Shown here: in pieces, positions 48,536-57,970 of the stretch
Numbering within the stretch: the first letter of the stretch is position 1
How the letters are laid out: each line of letters opens with the position of its first letter
From: Chthonomonadales bacterium
Lineage (GTDB): Bacteria > Armatimonadota > Chthonomonadetes > Chthonomonadales > CAJBBX01
Direction of reading: 5' to 3'
Assembly: GCA_020849275.1 (NCBI GenBank)
Contig: JADLGO010000027.1
Span: 6,562 to 70,561, forward strand
DNA length: 64,000 bases
Program-made: the position numbers and the translations under genes
Notes under the pieces: generated by a model
Told to the model about the DNA's origin: nothing
What the model saw: the letters and a program-made list of their open reading frames with translations, nothing else
Database searches by the model: none

Positions 48536-51259
48536 GTGCGCCCCTATACCACGCTCGCAGCCGCCGCCCTGGGGCTGTCTCTCGCCGCCCGTCCATCCGC
48601 CGGAACCTCGCCCGCCCCGGCCGGAGCGCTGGTCCGCTTTGACCTGCGCGCGCCGGCGGCCGTGGCGCAGTGGAGCCCCACGCATGACATCGCGAGCCTG
48701 ACGCCCGCCGCGGACGGGATGCGCATCGCTATCTCGGGCAGCGATCCCTACACGACCGGGCCGCCCCGCGATCTGCCCAGCGGCGTACCGCTCTGGCTCA
48801 CCGTGCGCCTGCGCTCCGAGGAGGGCGGCATGGCGCAGGTGTTCTACTTCCGCGAGGCCAGCACGGAGGCCATGTCGGTGCGCTGGGCGGCGCCGAAGGG
48901 CAGTTGGTCGGAGGCGCGCCTGCCGCTGCCGCCGCTCGGGCCGGGCTACCGGCTGCGCCTGGACCCGCCAGGCGCAGCGGGCACGTGCACGGTCGCGTGG
49001 ATAGCGCTGAGCGAGCGGCGCCTCCTCAGGCCGCCGGCCTGGCCGCGGCCCACGGTGCCGCGCTTCGCGCCGAGCGACCCGGTGGTGCGCTCCGGCGCGG
49101 TGGCGCTCCGCCACGCCGGCCGCGACGGCGCCTGGGAGCTCCGGGTCGACGGTGTGCGCATGGCGGTCGGCAACACGCGCGCCCTGGTCGGCTACCTGGA
49201 CGGCAGCGTCGCCCGGTGGTTCGAGCCGGGCCGGGCCGGGAAGACGACCGTGCGCCGCCAGGGCGGGACGATCGTGGCGGAGACCATCGCGCGTGACCCC
49301 GGCGGCGCAACTTGGACCATCCGCCGCGAGTTCGGCCCGGCGCGTGTCGCTGGAGGCGTTCATGTCACCATCTCCGTTCGCGTTTCCCGCGATCGGCTCG
49401 CCGTCTTCGTTCCCCTGCTCCTCACGCACCCCGGCGCGGGCTCATTCGGCGCAGTGCGGGACCAGGGGCTCTTCGCCGGACTGGAGTATCTGGAGCGGCC
49501 CGACAAGAGCAGCTCCGAGGCGGACATCGTGGGCCCGGGAGCCCGTCGGCAGGTGCCAGACACGCTCAAGGTGACGATGCCGCTGATGGTGATCCAGGCC
49601 GCCGGGCGCTGGGTCGGCCTTCAGTGGACGCCCGCGCCCGACCTCTGCCCGGTCTTCGACTCGCCGGATCGCCTGTTCGGTTCCGGCGCGCACGTGATGG
49701 GCCTGCTCTTCCCCGGCTCGAACGGCAAGAACCGCGAAGAGGGCGCGCTGTTGCCCTACGACGGCGTCCGGCTGGCGGCGGGCCGCGCCTACAGGGCCCA
49801 CGCCACGCTCACGGGCGGCGTCGGACACAGCGTCGTCCCGAGCGTGCAGGACTACGTGAAGCGCCACCCCCTGCCGCCGGTGCCCAGGACGGGCCTGTCG
49901 GCGCAGGACTACCTCGGCCTGGCCGCCGCCGGCTGGCTTGACTCAGGTGTGCGCGAGGGCAACCGCTATCGTCACGCCTACTGGCCGGGGGTGTCGAGCT
50001 TCGGGCCGATGCCGGCGGCCGACGCCGCGGTCTGGATGGACTGGATCGCGGCCGCGACACGCAGCGAGGCGCTGGCATCGCGGCTGCGGCCGCACGCGGC
50101 CGCCGTGCTCGCCGAAGTGCCCCCGGACTTCCGCGATCGCGCCGGGGTGTCGCACGTGCGCTATCCGGTGCCCTCGCTCGTGTACGGAGACGTGCAGGCG
50201 AACGCCCGCGCGGCCGCGGACGGCGCGCGCGCAGAGATCGCGCGCTTCGAGCCGGACGGCACCCTTCCCTACCGGCCCGCGCCCGGCGGCACCGACTACG
50301 GGCGCACGCACTTCGCGCGCGACGCCAATGGGGTGGCGTCCCCGGTCGTCGCCAGCATCCTGCAGGCCGCCATCGTCAGCGGCGACACCGGGCTACGCGC
50401 CGAGGGCCTGCGCCTGCTCGACGCGATGGGCAAGTGGGACAATGGCGTGCCGCGCGGCGCGCAGACCTGGGAGGTTCCGCTCCACACGCCCGACATCCTG
50501 GCCTCCGCGCACATGGTCCGCGCCTACACCTACGGGTACGAGCTCACCGGCGACCGGCGCTACCTCTCGCGCGCTGTCTACTGGGCCTGGACGGGCGTGC
50601 CGTTCGTCTACCTGAAGCCGCCGACCGACCTCGCCGTCGGGCTCTACGCCACGATTCCGGTGCTCGGCGCGACGAGCTGGCAGGCCCCAAACTGGATGGG
50701 GCTGCCGGTGCAGTGGTGCGGGCTGGTCTACGCCGACGCCCTCTATCGCCTCCAGCGCTACGACGCGGCGGGCCCGTGGCGGCGCATCGCCGACGGAATC
50801 GCCGCCTCCGGTGTGCAGCAGAGCTGGCCGCAAGGCGCCGGGCTGCTGAGCGGCCTCCTGCCGGACTCCTACGGCCTGCGCTCGGAGACGCGTAACGCGG
50901 TGGCCATCAACCCCGGCACGGTGCAGGCGTGCGCAGCGCGGTTGTTCGCCCTCCCCGAGGTGTTCGACTACGCTGTGCTGCGGCGCGCCGGCCTGTGCGC
51001 GCTCGCTCCGGGTCGCTTCGTCGAGGCGCGCCAACGGGCTGACGGCATCGTTCTACGTGTGGCGCCGTGGCACACGGGAGGAGGGTACGTGCTGGTGTCG
51101 GGCCTGTCGGAGAAGCCTAGCGTCGCCGTCGACGGGAGCCCGGTGCCGGTCGGCGGCGAGGGCGCGAGCTACGCGGATGGGCGGCTTGTGGTCCGGATCA
51201 CCGGCCCGTCGCGTCTGTCGATCCGCGCGGCGCGGGGGACGATGGGCGGGGGCGATTGA
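48536..51259 (+). CDS. Large secreted protein of unknown function (907 aa)
   Basis: GTG at 48536 after GGGAGGAG. Signal-peptide-like VRPYTTLAAAALGLSLAARPSAG. The composition is coding-like throughout. I recognised no family motif. The C-terminal two thirds may be an alpha/alpha-toroid-like region, but this is a guess. Confidence 0.7.
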   Translation: MRPYTTLAAAALGLSLAARPSAGTSPAPAGALVRFDLRAPAAVAQWSPTHDIASLTPAADGMRIAISGSDPYTTGPPRDLPSGVPLWLTVRLRSEEGGMAQVFYFREASTEAMSVRWAAPKGSWSEARLPLPPLGPGYRLRLDPPGAAGTCTVAWIALSERRLLRPPAWPRPTVPRFAPSDPVVRSGAVALRHAGRDGAWELRVDGVRMAVGNTRALVGYLDGSVARWFEPGRAGKTTVRRQGGTIVAETIARDPGGATWTIRREFGPARVAGGVHVTISVRVSRDRLAVFVPLLLTHPGAGSFGAVRDQGLFAGLEYLERPDKSSSEADIVGPGARRQVPDTLKVTMPLMVIQAAGRWVGLQWTPAPDLCPVFDSPDRLFGSGAHVMGLLFPGSNGKNREEGALLPYDGVRLAAGRAYRAHATLTGGVGHSVVPSVQDYVKRHPLPPVPRTGLSAQDYLGLAAAGWLDSGVREGNRYRHAYWPGVSSFGPMPAADAAVWMDWIAAATRSEALASRLRPHAAAVLAEVPPDFRDRAGVSHVRYPVPSLVYGDVQANARAAADGARAEIARFEPDGTLPYRPAPGGTDYGRTHFARDANGVASPVVASILQAAIVSGDTGLRAEGLRLLDAMGKWDNGVPRGAQTWEVPLHTPDILASAHMVRAYTYGYELTGDRRYLSRAVYWAWTGVPFVYLKPPTDLAVGLYATIPVLGATSWQAPNWMGLPVQWCGLVYADALYRLQRYDAAGPWRRIADGIAASGVQQSWPQGAGLLSGLLPDSYGLRSETRNAVAINPGTVQACAARLFALPEVFDYAVLRRAGLCALAPGRFVEARQRADGIVLRVAPWHTGGGYVLVSGLSEKPSVAVDGSPVPVGGEGASYADGRLVVRITGPSRLSIRAARGTMGGGD

Positions 51260-51263
51260 GGCA

Positions 51264-52427
51264 ATGAGAAGCATCGTCGTTCTGGGATCCACGGGCTCGA
51301 TCGGCCGACAGACCCTCGATGTCGCCGCGCGGCTCAAGGACAGGCTGCGGGTGATCGGCCTCGCTGCCCACAATAACGTGGATGTGCTCGCCCGGCAGGC
51401 GAACGAGCACGCAGTCTCCACCGTATGTATTGGGGACGCGCCGGGCGCGCGCGAGCGGCTTACCGGTATGCTGGCCGTGCGCGGCGCGCGCGTGCTGGCG
51501 GGCGTCGAGGGAATGTGCGAGCTCGCCGCGATGGAGGGCGCCGACCTGGTCGTGATGGCCGTGGCCGGCGCCATCGGCATTCGGCCGACTCACGCCGCGC
51601 TGGATGCGGGCAAGGACGTGGCGCTAGCGAGCAAGGAGGTGCTCGTGGCCGCCGGCGAGCACACGATGCGCCTGGCCGCCCGGCGCGGCGCGCGAATCCT
51701 GCCCATCGATTCCGAGCACTCCGCCGTGTTCCAGTGCCTGCAGGGCGCGCCGGACAACAGCATCGAGGAGGTCTTGCTGACCGCCTCCGGCGGCCCTTTC
51801 CGTATGTGGTCCGCCGAACGCATGGCGGAGGCCACGCCGGCCGATGCGCTGAAGCATCCTACGTGGGCCATGGGCGGCCTGGTGACGGTCAACTCGGCCA
51901 CCCTGATGAACAAGGGGCTGGAGGTCATCGAAGCGCACTGGCTGTTCGGTGTCTCTATCGAAGCCGTGAGCGTTGTGGTGCACCCGCAGAGCGTGATCCA
52001 TTCGCTGGTGCGCTTTCGCGACGGCTCGGTGCTCGCGCAGCTTGGCCCGCCGGACATGCGTCTTCCCATCCAGTATGCGCTCCTCTATCCCGAGCGCGTC
52101 GGTACCGGGTTGCCGACGCTCGACCTGGCTGCCTGCGCGGCCCTCACCTTCGAGGAACCGGACGCGGGCAGGTTCCCGGCCCTGCGGCTCGCCCGCGCCG
52201 CGGCCGAGGCCGGCGGCACCATGCCGGCGGTGATGAATGCCGCCAACGAGGCGGCCGTCGGCGCGTTCCTGGCTGGACGTATCCGCTTCCCGGACATCAT
52301 GGGCGCCGTCGCGCGCGCCATGGACGCTCACGACACGCTTGCGCCGACGTATGACAATGTGCTGGCCTCGGACCGCTGGGCGCGGGCGGAGGCCGGACGC
52401 CTATGTGGGGTTCAACCGGATGCCTGA
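51264..52427 (+). CDS. dxr: 1-deoxy-D-xylulose 5-phosphate reductoisomerase
   Basis: ATG at 51264 gives MRSIVVLGSTGSIGRQTLDV. Also contains LASKEVLV, PIDSEHSAVFQCL and HPTWAMG. Confidence 0.93.
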   Translation: MRSIVVLGSTGSIGRQTLDVAARLKDRLRVIGLAAHNNVDVLARQANEHAVSTVCIGDAPGARERLTGMLAVRGARVLAGVEGMCELAAMEGADLVVMAVAGAIGIRPTHAALDAGKDVALASKEVLVAAGEHTMRLAARRGARILPIDSEHSAVFQCLQGAPDNSIEEVLLTASGGPFRMWSAERMAEATPADALKHPTWAMGGLVTVNSATLMNKGLEVIEAHWLFGVSIEAVSVVVHPQSVIHSLVRFRDGSVLAQLGPPDMRLPIQYALLYPERVGTGLPTLDLAACAALTFEEPDAGRFPALRLARAAAEAGGTMPAVMNAANEAAVGAFLAGRIRFPDIMGAVARAMDAHDTLAPTYDNVLASDRWARAEAGRLCGVQPDA

Positions 52428-53769
52428 CCTGGTTAAAGGGATTCTCTATCTTCTGGTGATCTTGAGCGTGCTCGTCGTCGCGCACGAGCTTGGCCATTTC
52501 CTTGTTGCCAAGTGGTTTCGGATGCGCGTGGAGGAGTTCTCGCTCTTCTTCGGTCCCGTGCTGCTGCGGCTTGGGCGGCGCGGTGGCACGGAGTACAACC
52601 TGCGAGCCGTTCCGCTCGGCGGGTTCGTTCGTATTGCGGGCATGGAGCCCGATGATGTCTCCGGGGGCCGGCCGCTGCTGGAGGCGGTCCGCCATCCGCG
52701 CTTCGTGCAGGAGGAGACCACCGAGCAGGTGCTCCGTCAACTCGACAGCGACACGATGGCCGGTCTCGACGCAACGGCGATCGGGCCCGAGGTTCGCACG
52801 TTCGTGCACACCGCCGTCGGCCGCGACGGGCGGCTGACAGCGGAGGGGCGCGAGGAGCTCCGGGCGATGCGCGAGGCGGCCACGGTGAACGAGGCCGAGC
52901 AGAAGCTGCTCGACATGGTGCTCAACGCCGACGCGCGCGCCGATGACGAGGGCCTCTACAGCCAGAAGCCGCTCTACCAGCGCGCACTGGTCATCCTGGC
53001 TGGCCCGGTCGCCAGCCTGCTCTTCGGCTATCTCGTGTTCTGCGTGATGGGCATGACCGTCGGCCTGCCGCGCAACGAGGCGACGAACCAGGTGCTCGAG
53101 GTGCGCAAGGACGGCGCCGCCAAGGCCGCCGGCATGCGTATAGGCGACCGCATCGTGGCCATCAACGGCAACCCGACCCCGGATGGCAAGTCGATGGTCG
53201 ACACGATCCACAATGGCCTGGGCAAGCGGCTGGTCCTTACGGTCGAGCGCAGCGGGGAGACCTTCCTGATGGCGGTCACGCCCCGGCCGTTCACGGTGGA
53301 GGAGGGCGGCAAGAAGGAGACGGTGGGCATCATCGGCATCATACCGGACCTGAAGCTCAGGCGCTTCGGTCCGGCGGCCTCCATCCGCGCCGGCACGCTC
53401 TACACGGTCGGCTATCTGCGACAGATCGCCGGCACGTTCACCAACGGGCGCCGGGTGAGGGAAACGGTCGGCGGACCGATCGCGATGGGCCAGATGGCGA
53501 CGGCGGTCCAGCGCCTGGGCATCGCGCACCTGCTGATGATGAGCGGCGCGTTCAGCCTCAGTCTCGGCATCTTCAACCTGCTGCCTATCCCGATTCTGGA
53601 CGGCGGGCACCTCGTGCTGCTGGCGGTGGAGAAGCTGCGGCGGCGGAAGCTCTCGCCGCGCGAGGTGTACCGCGCTCAGATGATCGGCGTCGGCATCCTT
53701 GCGCTGATCGTGACGCTGGTGATGTACAACGACATCAGCCGCACGCTGGCCGGCAAGGCGCTCCAGTAG
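52420..53769 (+). CDS. rseP: RIP metalloprotease RseP (M50 site-2 protease) with PDZ domain
   Basis: ATG at 52420 overlaps the dxr stop by 8 nt. Contains VVAHELGHFLVAKWF (HExxH), a PDZ segment (AGMRIGDRIVAING) and NLLPIPILDGGH. Confidence 0.9.
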   Translation: MPDLVKGILYLLVILSVLVVAHELGHFLVAKWFRMRVEEFSLFFGPVLLRLGRRGGTEYNLRAVPLGGFVRIAGMEPDDVSGGRPLLEAVRHPRFVQEETTEQVLRQLDSDTMAGLDATAIGPEVRTFVHTAVGRDGRLTAEGREELRAMREAATVNEAEQKLLDMVLNADARADDEGLYSQKPLYQRALVILAGPVASLLFGYLVFCVMGMTVGLPRNEATNQVLEVRKDGAAKAAGMRIGDRIVAINGNPTPDGKSMVDTIHNGLGKRLVLTVERSGETFLMAVTPRPFTVEEGGKKETVGIIGIIPDLKLRRFGPAASIRAGTLYTVGYLRQIAGTFTNGRRVRETVGGPIAMGQMATAVQRLGIAHLLMMSGAFSLSLGIFNLLPIPILDGGHLVLLAVEKLRRRKLSPREVYRAQMIGVGILALIVTLVMYNDISRTLAGKALQ

Positions 53770-53782
53770 GGCGGCCAGGCCT

Positions 53783-56428
53783 CTACTGCGCGGGCTGCGG
53801 CTTGCGCTCGATGGCCAGCTCGATGCGCTGACCGGCCGTGAGCGAGAGCGGTGGCTCGAACTGGAAGACGAGCACCCCCTCCGGCCCCTTCGCCGCGCGA
53901 GCGGCAACGGGCACGCGCCCATCGCTCGCCGTGGCCTCGAACACGGGCCACCCCGGGTCCCGGACGGCGATGCGCGAGAGGTGGAGCGCCGTCTGTCCGT
54001 GCTCGCCCTCGCCGGCCGCGCCCCCGGCCGTCGTCTGGCCCGGCGCCGGAAGCATGCGGTCCACGCGCAGGATCGTCACCCACCGGTCGTCGCTCACGCT
54101 CGCCGTGAGCCGGGCCCAGAAGCCCGGAGCGAAGAGCGGCAGCGACGCCGGCTCCAGCGGACCGACGCCGACCGGCAGCAGGGCCAGGTAGCCGTCCGCG
54201 AGGTCCGCGGAGCAGCCCGCCAGCGCATCGAGCAAGTACCAGCTTGCCGCCGCCGACAGCTCGCCGGTAGGGCTCGCAGCCGCGCCGGTGAGCGCGTCGA
54301 CCTCGGCCGGAAGGCTCCACGGCGATCGGAGTGGGTCGGCCGTCACGGCAGCCAGGCGCGCGGCAAGCGCGAGCGCACTCGGCGCGTCGTCCTCGCGCGC
54401 ATAGAGCGCCGCGCCGGCGGTGAGCGCCTCCGGCAGGCTGCAGCGCGGGCCCGATGGCACGGCGCCGTCGGCCCCGACGGCGCGCGGCGGCACGCGCGCG
54501 GGCGCCGCGTCGTTGAGGCGTCGAATGCTGGCCAGTGTCCTTCGCAGGCGCTCCGCCGCCAGTCCCGTCGTGGTACCGCCGAGGGATGCCAGCCACTCGC
54601 CGGCGAGCTGACCAGAGTCGCAGAGGGCCGGTGCGCTCGGGCCAGCACCGAAGAAGCCTCCCGACCAGAAGTGCTCGGCCCGGGCGCGCGCGGCGCGCCC
54701 CCACTCCGCGCATTCCCCGGCGAAAGCGCCATCCGCCATGCGCCGCGCAAGCGCCTCGGCCACGCGGAGCGCGCCCAGCCACCGGATCGCCGCCACCTGG
54801 GGCCGATCCTTCTGGGCCGGCGCCCCGGCCTCCGGCATCATCCGCGCCACGCGCTCCACTGCCCGCTTCAGCGCCGGGTACTGCTGACCAAGGAATTGGC
54901 GGTCGCCGGTCCAGAGGTAGAAGCGTGCCGTCTGCGCCACCAGCGCCGCCACATCGGCCGGACCGGCGAGGTCGGTGGCGCTCGCGCCGGGCGAGGGTGG
55001 GTCGGGCAACAGGGCGCCTTCCGCGTCGCCCGGGTAGCGCGGGAGCGCGCCGACCGGGGAGGCGGTGCTCGCGATGCGGCTGAGCGCGAGCCACTCGAGC
55101 CCCGGAAACATCGCGGTCGTCAGCGGGTGGGCGTAGAGCCGCTCGTCGAGCGGCGCCGCGCGCCCGCCGTGGGCGCCCGGATTGCTCAGGAGCGCGAGGA
55201 TCGGCGTTCCGGCGTCTGGCGCATCGACCCCCGCATCGCGCGTCAGGACCGTGTTGGTCGCCAGGACGTGGGCATCGTTGATCATCTTGCGAGCCAGCCA
55301 GTCGGGCAGCGAGGACCGGAGCAGGCGGTTCTGCCACTCCTCCGTCAGCGCGGCCAGGCTCCGGCGGTTGCTCAGCGCGTAGCGCGCTACGCCCGGCGCG
55401 TCGACGAAGCTCCTCTCGTAGAGGTGGCCGTACTCGACGCCGTTGAGCGCGTAGCGCCGGGGCGTGTACCACGCGAGCGCGAACGGCACCTCGATCGTCT
55501 CGCCGTCCTTCAGCGAGGCGCGCAGGGCGACAACGCCCGCGGGGTGCACGGTCCCCTCCACCCCCTCCGGGACGGCTCCGCTCACGGCGCCTCGCGCGGC
55601 GAAGTCCGGCCACCACGTCGGGGAGCTGGCCAGAGCGTTCCAGCCCGCGGTCGAGATGTCCACATCGGGCCGCGCGGCGTCCACCAGGAGCGCGTAGTTC
55701 CCACGCGCGTTGTAGGGAAGCCGGTTGGGCGGGGGCGGCGCCGGCAGGGGCGGTCCTGACATGCGCAGGCCGAACAGGCCCTCGCGCGCGGCCTCGGCCT
55801 CCACGGCGCAGCCCGTGCGGTCGGCGAACGCGCCGCCGGCCAGCGTGCCACCCACCCCCAGCAGGTTCTCCCACGACATCGCGAGCGCCGCGTCGACGGG
55901 CGCGTGCGCCCGGTTGGTGATGGTGAACACGAAGAGGGCGACCGGAAGCGACGAGTTACGGATGTCGCGCGGGATGAGGGGCGAGTAGGCGTGCAGCCGG
56001 ATCGCCACCGGCAGGGCGGGGTCGGAGTACTCGACGAGGGCCTGCGGGTAGCGGCCCTCGTACGCCACCGAGGCGACGCAGGGCAGGCGCATCTCGTTCC
56101 GCAGCGCCAGGACGCGCGTGTCGACGCGTCCGCCGGCGCTGGTCCACACGGCGGCGAAGCAGCCCGGCGCGCGCGAAATGGGTTGCGCGGCGTTGTTGTT
56201 GATCGTGATGTGCCCGAACGTGCCGTCGGTGCGCAGCTCCACCGTTCCGCAGCCGACGCCGCCCAGCGGGACGCCGCTCTCCCAGCGCTGCGACTGGACC
56301 ACGGCGGGCACGGGCGGCTGGGGCGCTTGCGAAGCGGAAGCGGGCCCCGCCGATGCCGGGGCCCGCGTGACGACCGAGAGGAGCACGGCCGCCGCGCGCG
56401 CCACGGCGCGCGGCAGGCAGCGGCTCAC
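53783..56428 (-). CDS. GH116-like (GBA2-type N-terminal domain) putative glycoside hydrolase, secreted
   Basis: GTG at 56428 forms a GTGA overlap with the upstream stop. A signal peptide is present. GVPLGGVGCGTVELRTDGTFGHITINNN and YEGRYPQALVEY resemble the GH116 N-terminal domain. The ORF-track start at 56653 is an over-extension. Confidence 0.7.
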   Translation of the reverse strand: MSRCLPRAVARAAAVLLSVVTRAPASAGPASASQAPQPPVPAVVQSQRWESGVPLGGVGCGTVELRTDGTFGHITINNNAAQPISRAPGCFAAVWTSAGGRVDTRVLALRNEMRLPCVASVAYEGRYPQALVEYSDPALPVAIRLHAYSPLIPRDIRNSSLPVALFVFTITNRAHAPVDAALAMSWENLLGVGGTLAGGAFADRTGCAVEAEAAREGLFGLRMSGPPLPAPPPPNRLPYNARGNYALLVDAARPDVDISTAGWNALASSPTWWPDFAARGAVSGAVPEGVEGTVHPAGVVALRASLKDGETIEVPFALAWYTPRRYALNGVEYGHLYERSFVDAPGVARYALSNRRSLAALTEEWQNRLLRSSLPDWLARKMINDAHVLATNTVLTRDAGVDAPDAGTPILALLSNPGAHGGRAAPLDERLYAHPLTTAMFPGLEWLALSRIASTASPVGALPRYPGDAEGALLPDPPSPGASATDLAGPADVAALVAQTARFYLWTGDRQFLGQQYPALKRAVERVARMMPEAGAPAQKDRPQVAAIRWLGALRVAEALARRMADGAFAGECAEWGRAARARAEHFWSGGFFGAGPSAPALCDSGQLAGEWLASLGGTTTGLAAERLRRTLASIRRLNDAAPARVPPRAVGADGAVPSGPRCSLPEALTAGAALYAREDDAPSALALAARLAAVTADPLRSPWSLPAEVDALTGAAASPTGELSAAASWYLLDALAGCSADLADGYLALLPVGVGPLEPASLPLFAPGFWARLTASVSDDRWVTILRVDRMLPAPGQTTAGGAAGEGEHGQTALHLSRIAVRDPGWPVFEATASDGRVPVAARAAKGPEGVLVFQFEPPLSLTAGQRIELAIERKPQPAQ

Positions 56429-57852
56429 GGCTGGGAGCCCGTGGTGGGCGCACTTGCGGGGCTGCTCCCGGGCCGACTCACCTTCACCACGCGGTGCGCC
56501 TTCCACGTCTTGCCGTGCCACGTCACGGTCACGTCGAGCATGTAGTCGCCGGCCTGGGTGCTTGATGGCACGCTCAGGAAGAACTGGGATCGGCTCGTGC
56601 CGTTCTCGCGCGGCACGCTGAAGCTCTTCCGGGCGCGCCCCTTCACTTCCCAACCGGCCGGCGCCGCGACCTCGAGCTCGCCGCGCGTATAGCCCGGCGC
56701 GGCCGAGGTGACGTCCACAACGACGCGCACCTCCACCGGCCCGAGTATCGTGAGAGCATCTGGCTCGACGGTCATGGCCAGGCGAATCGGTTCCACGACC
56801 GTGAAGCTGGAAGTGCCACCGACGACCGCGCCGGTGTCAAGCTGGCAGGTGGCCGAGACCTGGTAGAAGCCGGGCACGGCCGTGTCGGGAAGCGGGGAGT
56901 CGTAGCGGATCTTGAGGGTGCTCTGGCCCTTCAGCGGCGGAAGGGCAACCTCCCGCACGGTCTTCAGGATGTCGGCGGCGGGCCCCTCGCCCTGCCACGT
57001 GATCGCGCGCACCGTGCGGTCCTCATCCACCTGGTTGGTCAGCTCCATTGTGGCTCGGAGCCTCTGGCCGGGGATCACCTCGGAGTCCTCGAGGACGAGT
57101 CGCGGCGCGATGCCGGGCGCTCCGGTCGTGCGCGACTCGACGAGCATGAGGTCGATCAGCAGGTGCGGCTCGTAGGCCGCCGTCGGCGCCGGGGGCGGGC
57201 CAGCGGGCAGGAAGTCCGCCCGGAAACCGACCTGGCCGTTGGCGCGCGGCGCCAGGCCGGCGAGCCCCTTCGGCAGCGCCATCTCGATGACCTGGCCGGC
57301 GCCGGCCTCCTTCTGCACAATTTGGATGGTGCGCGGGTCGACGACACGGTCGTTCCACACGGGGGCGTCCTTGTTGCCCGCCGCGTCCAGGATGCGCGCT
57401 CCCAGCGGACTCTGGGCCGGACCCAGCGGCGCGACGCTCAGCTCCAGGTTGTCGGCGCCGCGCAGCCACCCGTCATCGCTGGCGTCCACGTCGAACACGA
57501 CCCAGGCCGGCGTATCGGTGCGAGCGGCCAGATAGAGGAAGTCGTCGTCCCAGTTGACGTAGACGGTGCCTTTCACCGGGCCCTCGCCCACCGTGTAGAG
57601 CGGGGTCCACTCGGTGTCGCCGATCACGCCGTCGAGTACGGGCCGGAGCTTGAGGCGCTGCGGGTCGAAGGGGTAGTGCGGCCGCTCCCGGTAGTTGATG
57701 ACGGCCTGGGCCGGCGGGAGGGGCGCCGTCTCGCCCTGCGCGGGAGGCGCATCCTGCGCGGGAGGCGCTTCCTGAGCGGCGGCCGGCAAACACAACGCGA
57801 GGCCCGCGAAGAGCGCGCAGAGGGCTCCGAGTGCACGGGTTCCTGGTGTCAA
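56425..57852 (-). CDS. Secreted protein with a CBM9-like N-terminal domain and Ig/NEW3-like C-terminal repeats
   Basis: TTG start with GGAGG 9 nt upstream. Signal peptide ALGALCALFAGLALCLPAAAQE. DGVIGDTEWTPLY...VYVNWDDDFLYLAAR is CBM9-like. Confidence 0.7.
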   Translation of the reverse strand: MTPGTRALGALCALFAGLALCLPAAAQEAPPAQDAPPAQGETAPLPPAQAVINYRERPHYPFDPQRLKLRPVLDGVIGDTEWTPLYTVGEGPVKGTVYVNWDDDFLYLAARTDTPAWVVFDVDASDDGWLRGADNLELSVAPLGPAQSPLGARILDAAGNKDAPVWNDRVVDPRTIQIVQKEAGAGQVIEMALPKGLAGLAPRANGQVGFRADFLPAGPPPAPTAAYEPHLLIDLMLVESRTTGAPGIAPRLVLEDSEVIPGQRLRATMELTNQVDEDRTVRAITWQGEGPAADILKTVREVALPPLKGQSTLKIRYDSPLPDTAVPGFYQVSATCQLDTGAVVGGTSSFTVVEPIRLAMTVEPDALTILGPVEVRVVVDVTSAAPGYTRGELEVAAPAGWEVKGRARKSFSVPRENGTSRSQFFLSVPSSTQAGDYMLDVTVTWHGKTWKAHRVVKVSRPGSSPASAPTTGSQP

Positions 57853-57887
57853 GGCGGCGACCTCCAGAGAGGGATTCGGGCGCCCCT

Positions 57888-57916
57888 AATCTAGCACTTC
57901 TGGCGGGCGGCGTCAA
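57888..57916 (-). promoter_or_regulatory. Sigma70 promoter TTGACG-17 nt-(TGc)TAGATT for the secreted-protein/GH116-like operon
   Basis: On the minus strand, TTGACG (57916-57911) is followed by a 17-nt spacer ending in TGC and then TAGATT (57893-57888). It lies about 36 nt upstream of the TTG start. Confidence 0.5.
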
Positions 57917-57920
57917 GCCA

Positions 57921-57950
57921 AGCCTGGCCGCGCCGAGCCTGGCCGCGCCG
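57921..57950. repeat. Perfect tandem duplication of a 15-nt unit AGCCTGGCCGCGCCG
   Basis: Units at 57921-57935 and 57936-57950, located 5 nt upstream of the -35 element on the minus strand. Confidence 0.6.
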
Positions 57951-57970
57951 CCCTGTGGCCGGGCCCGCCC

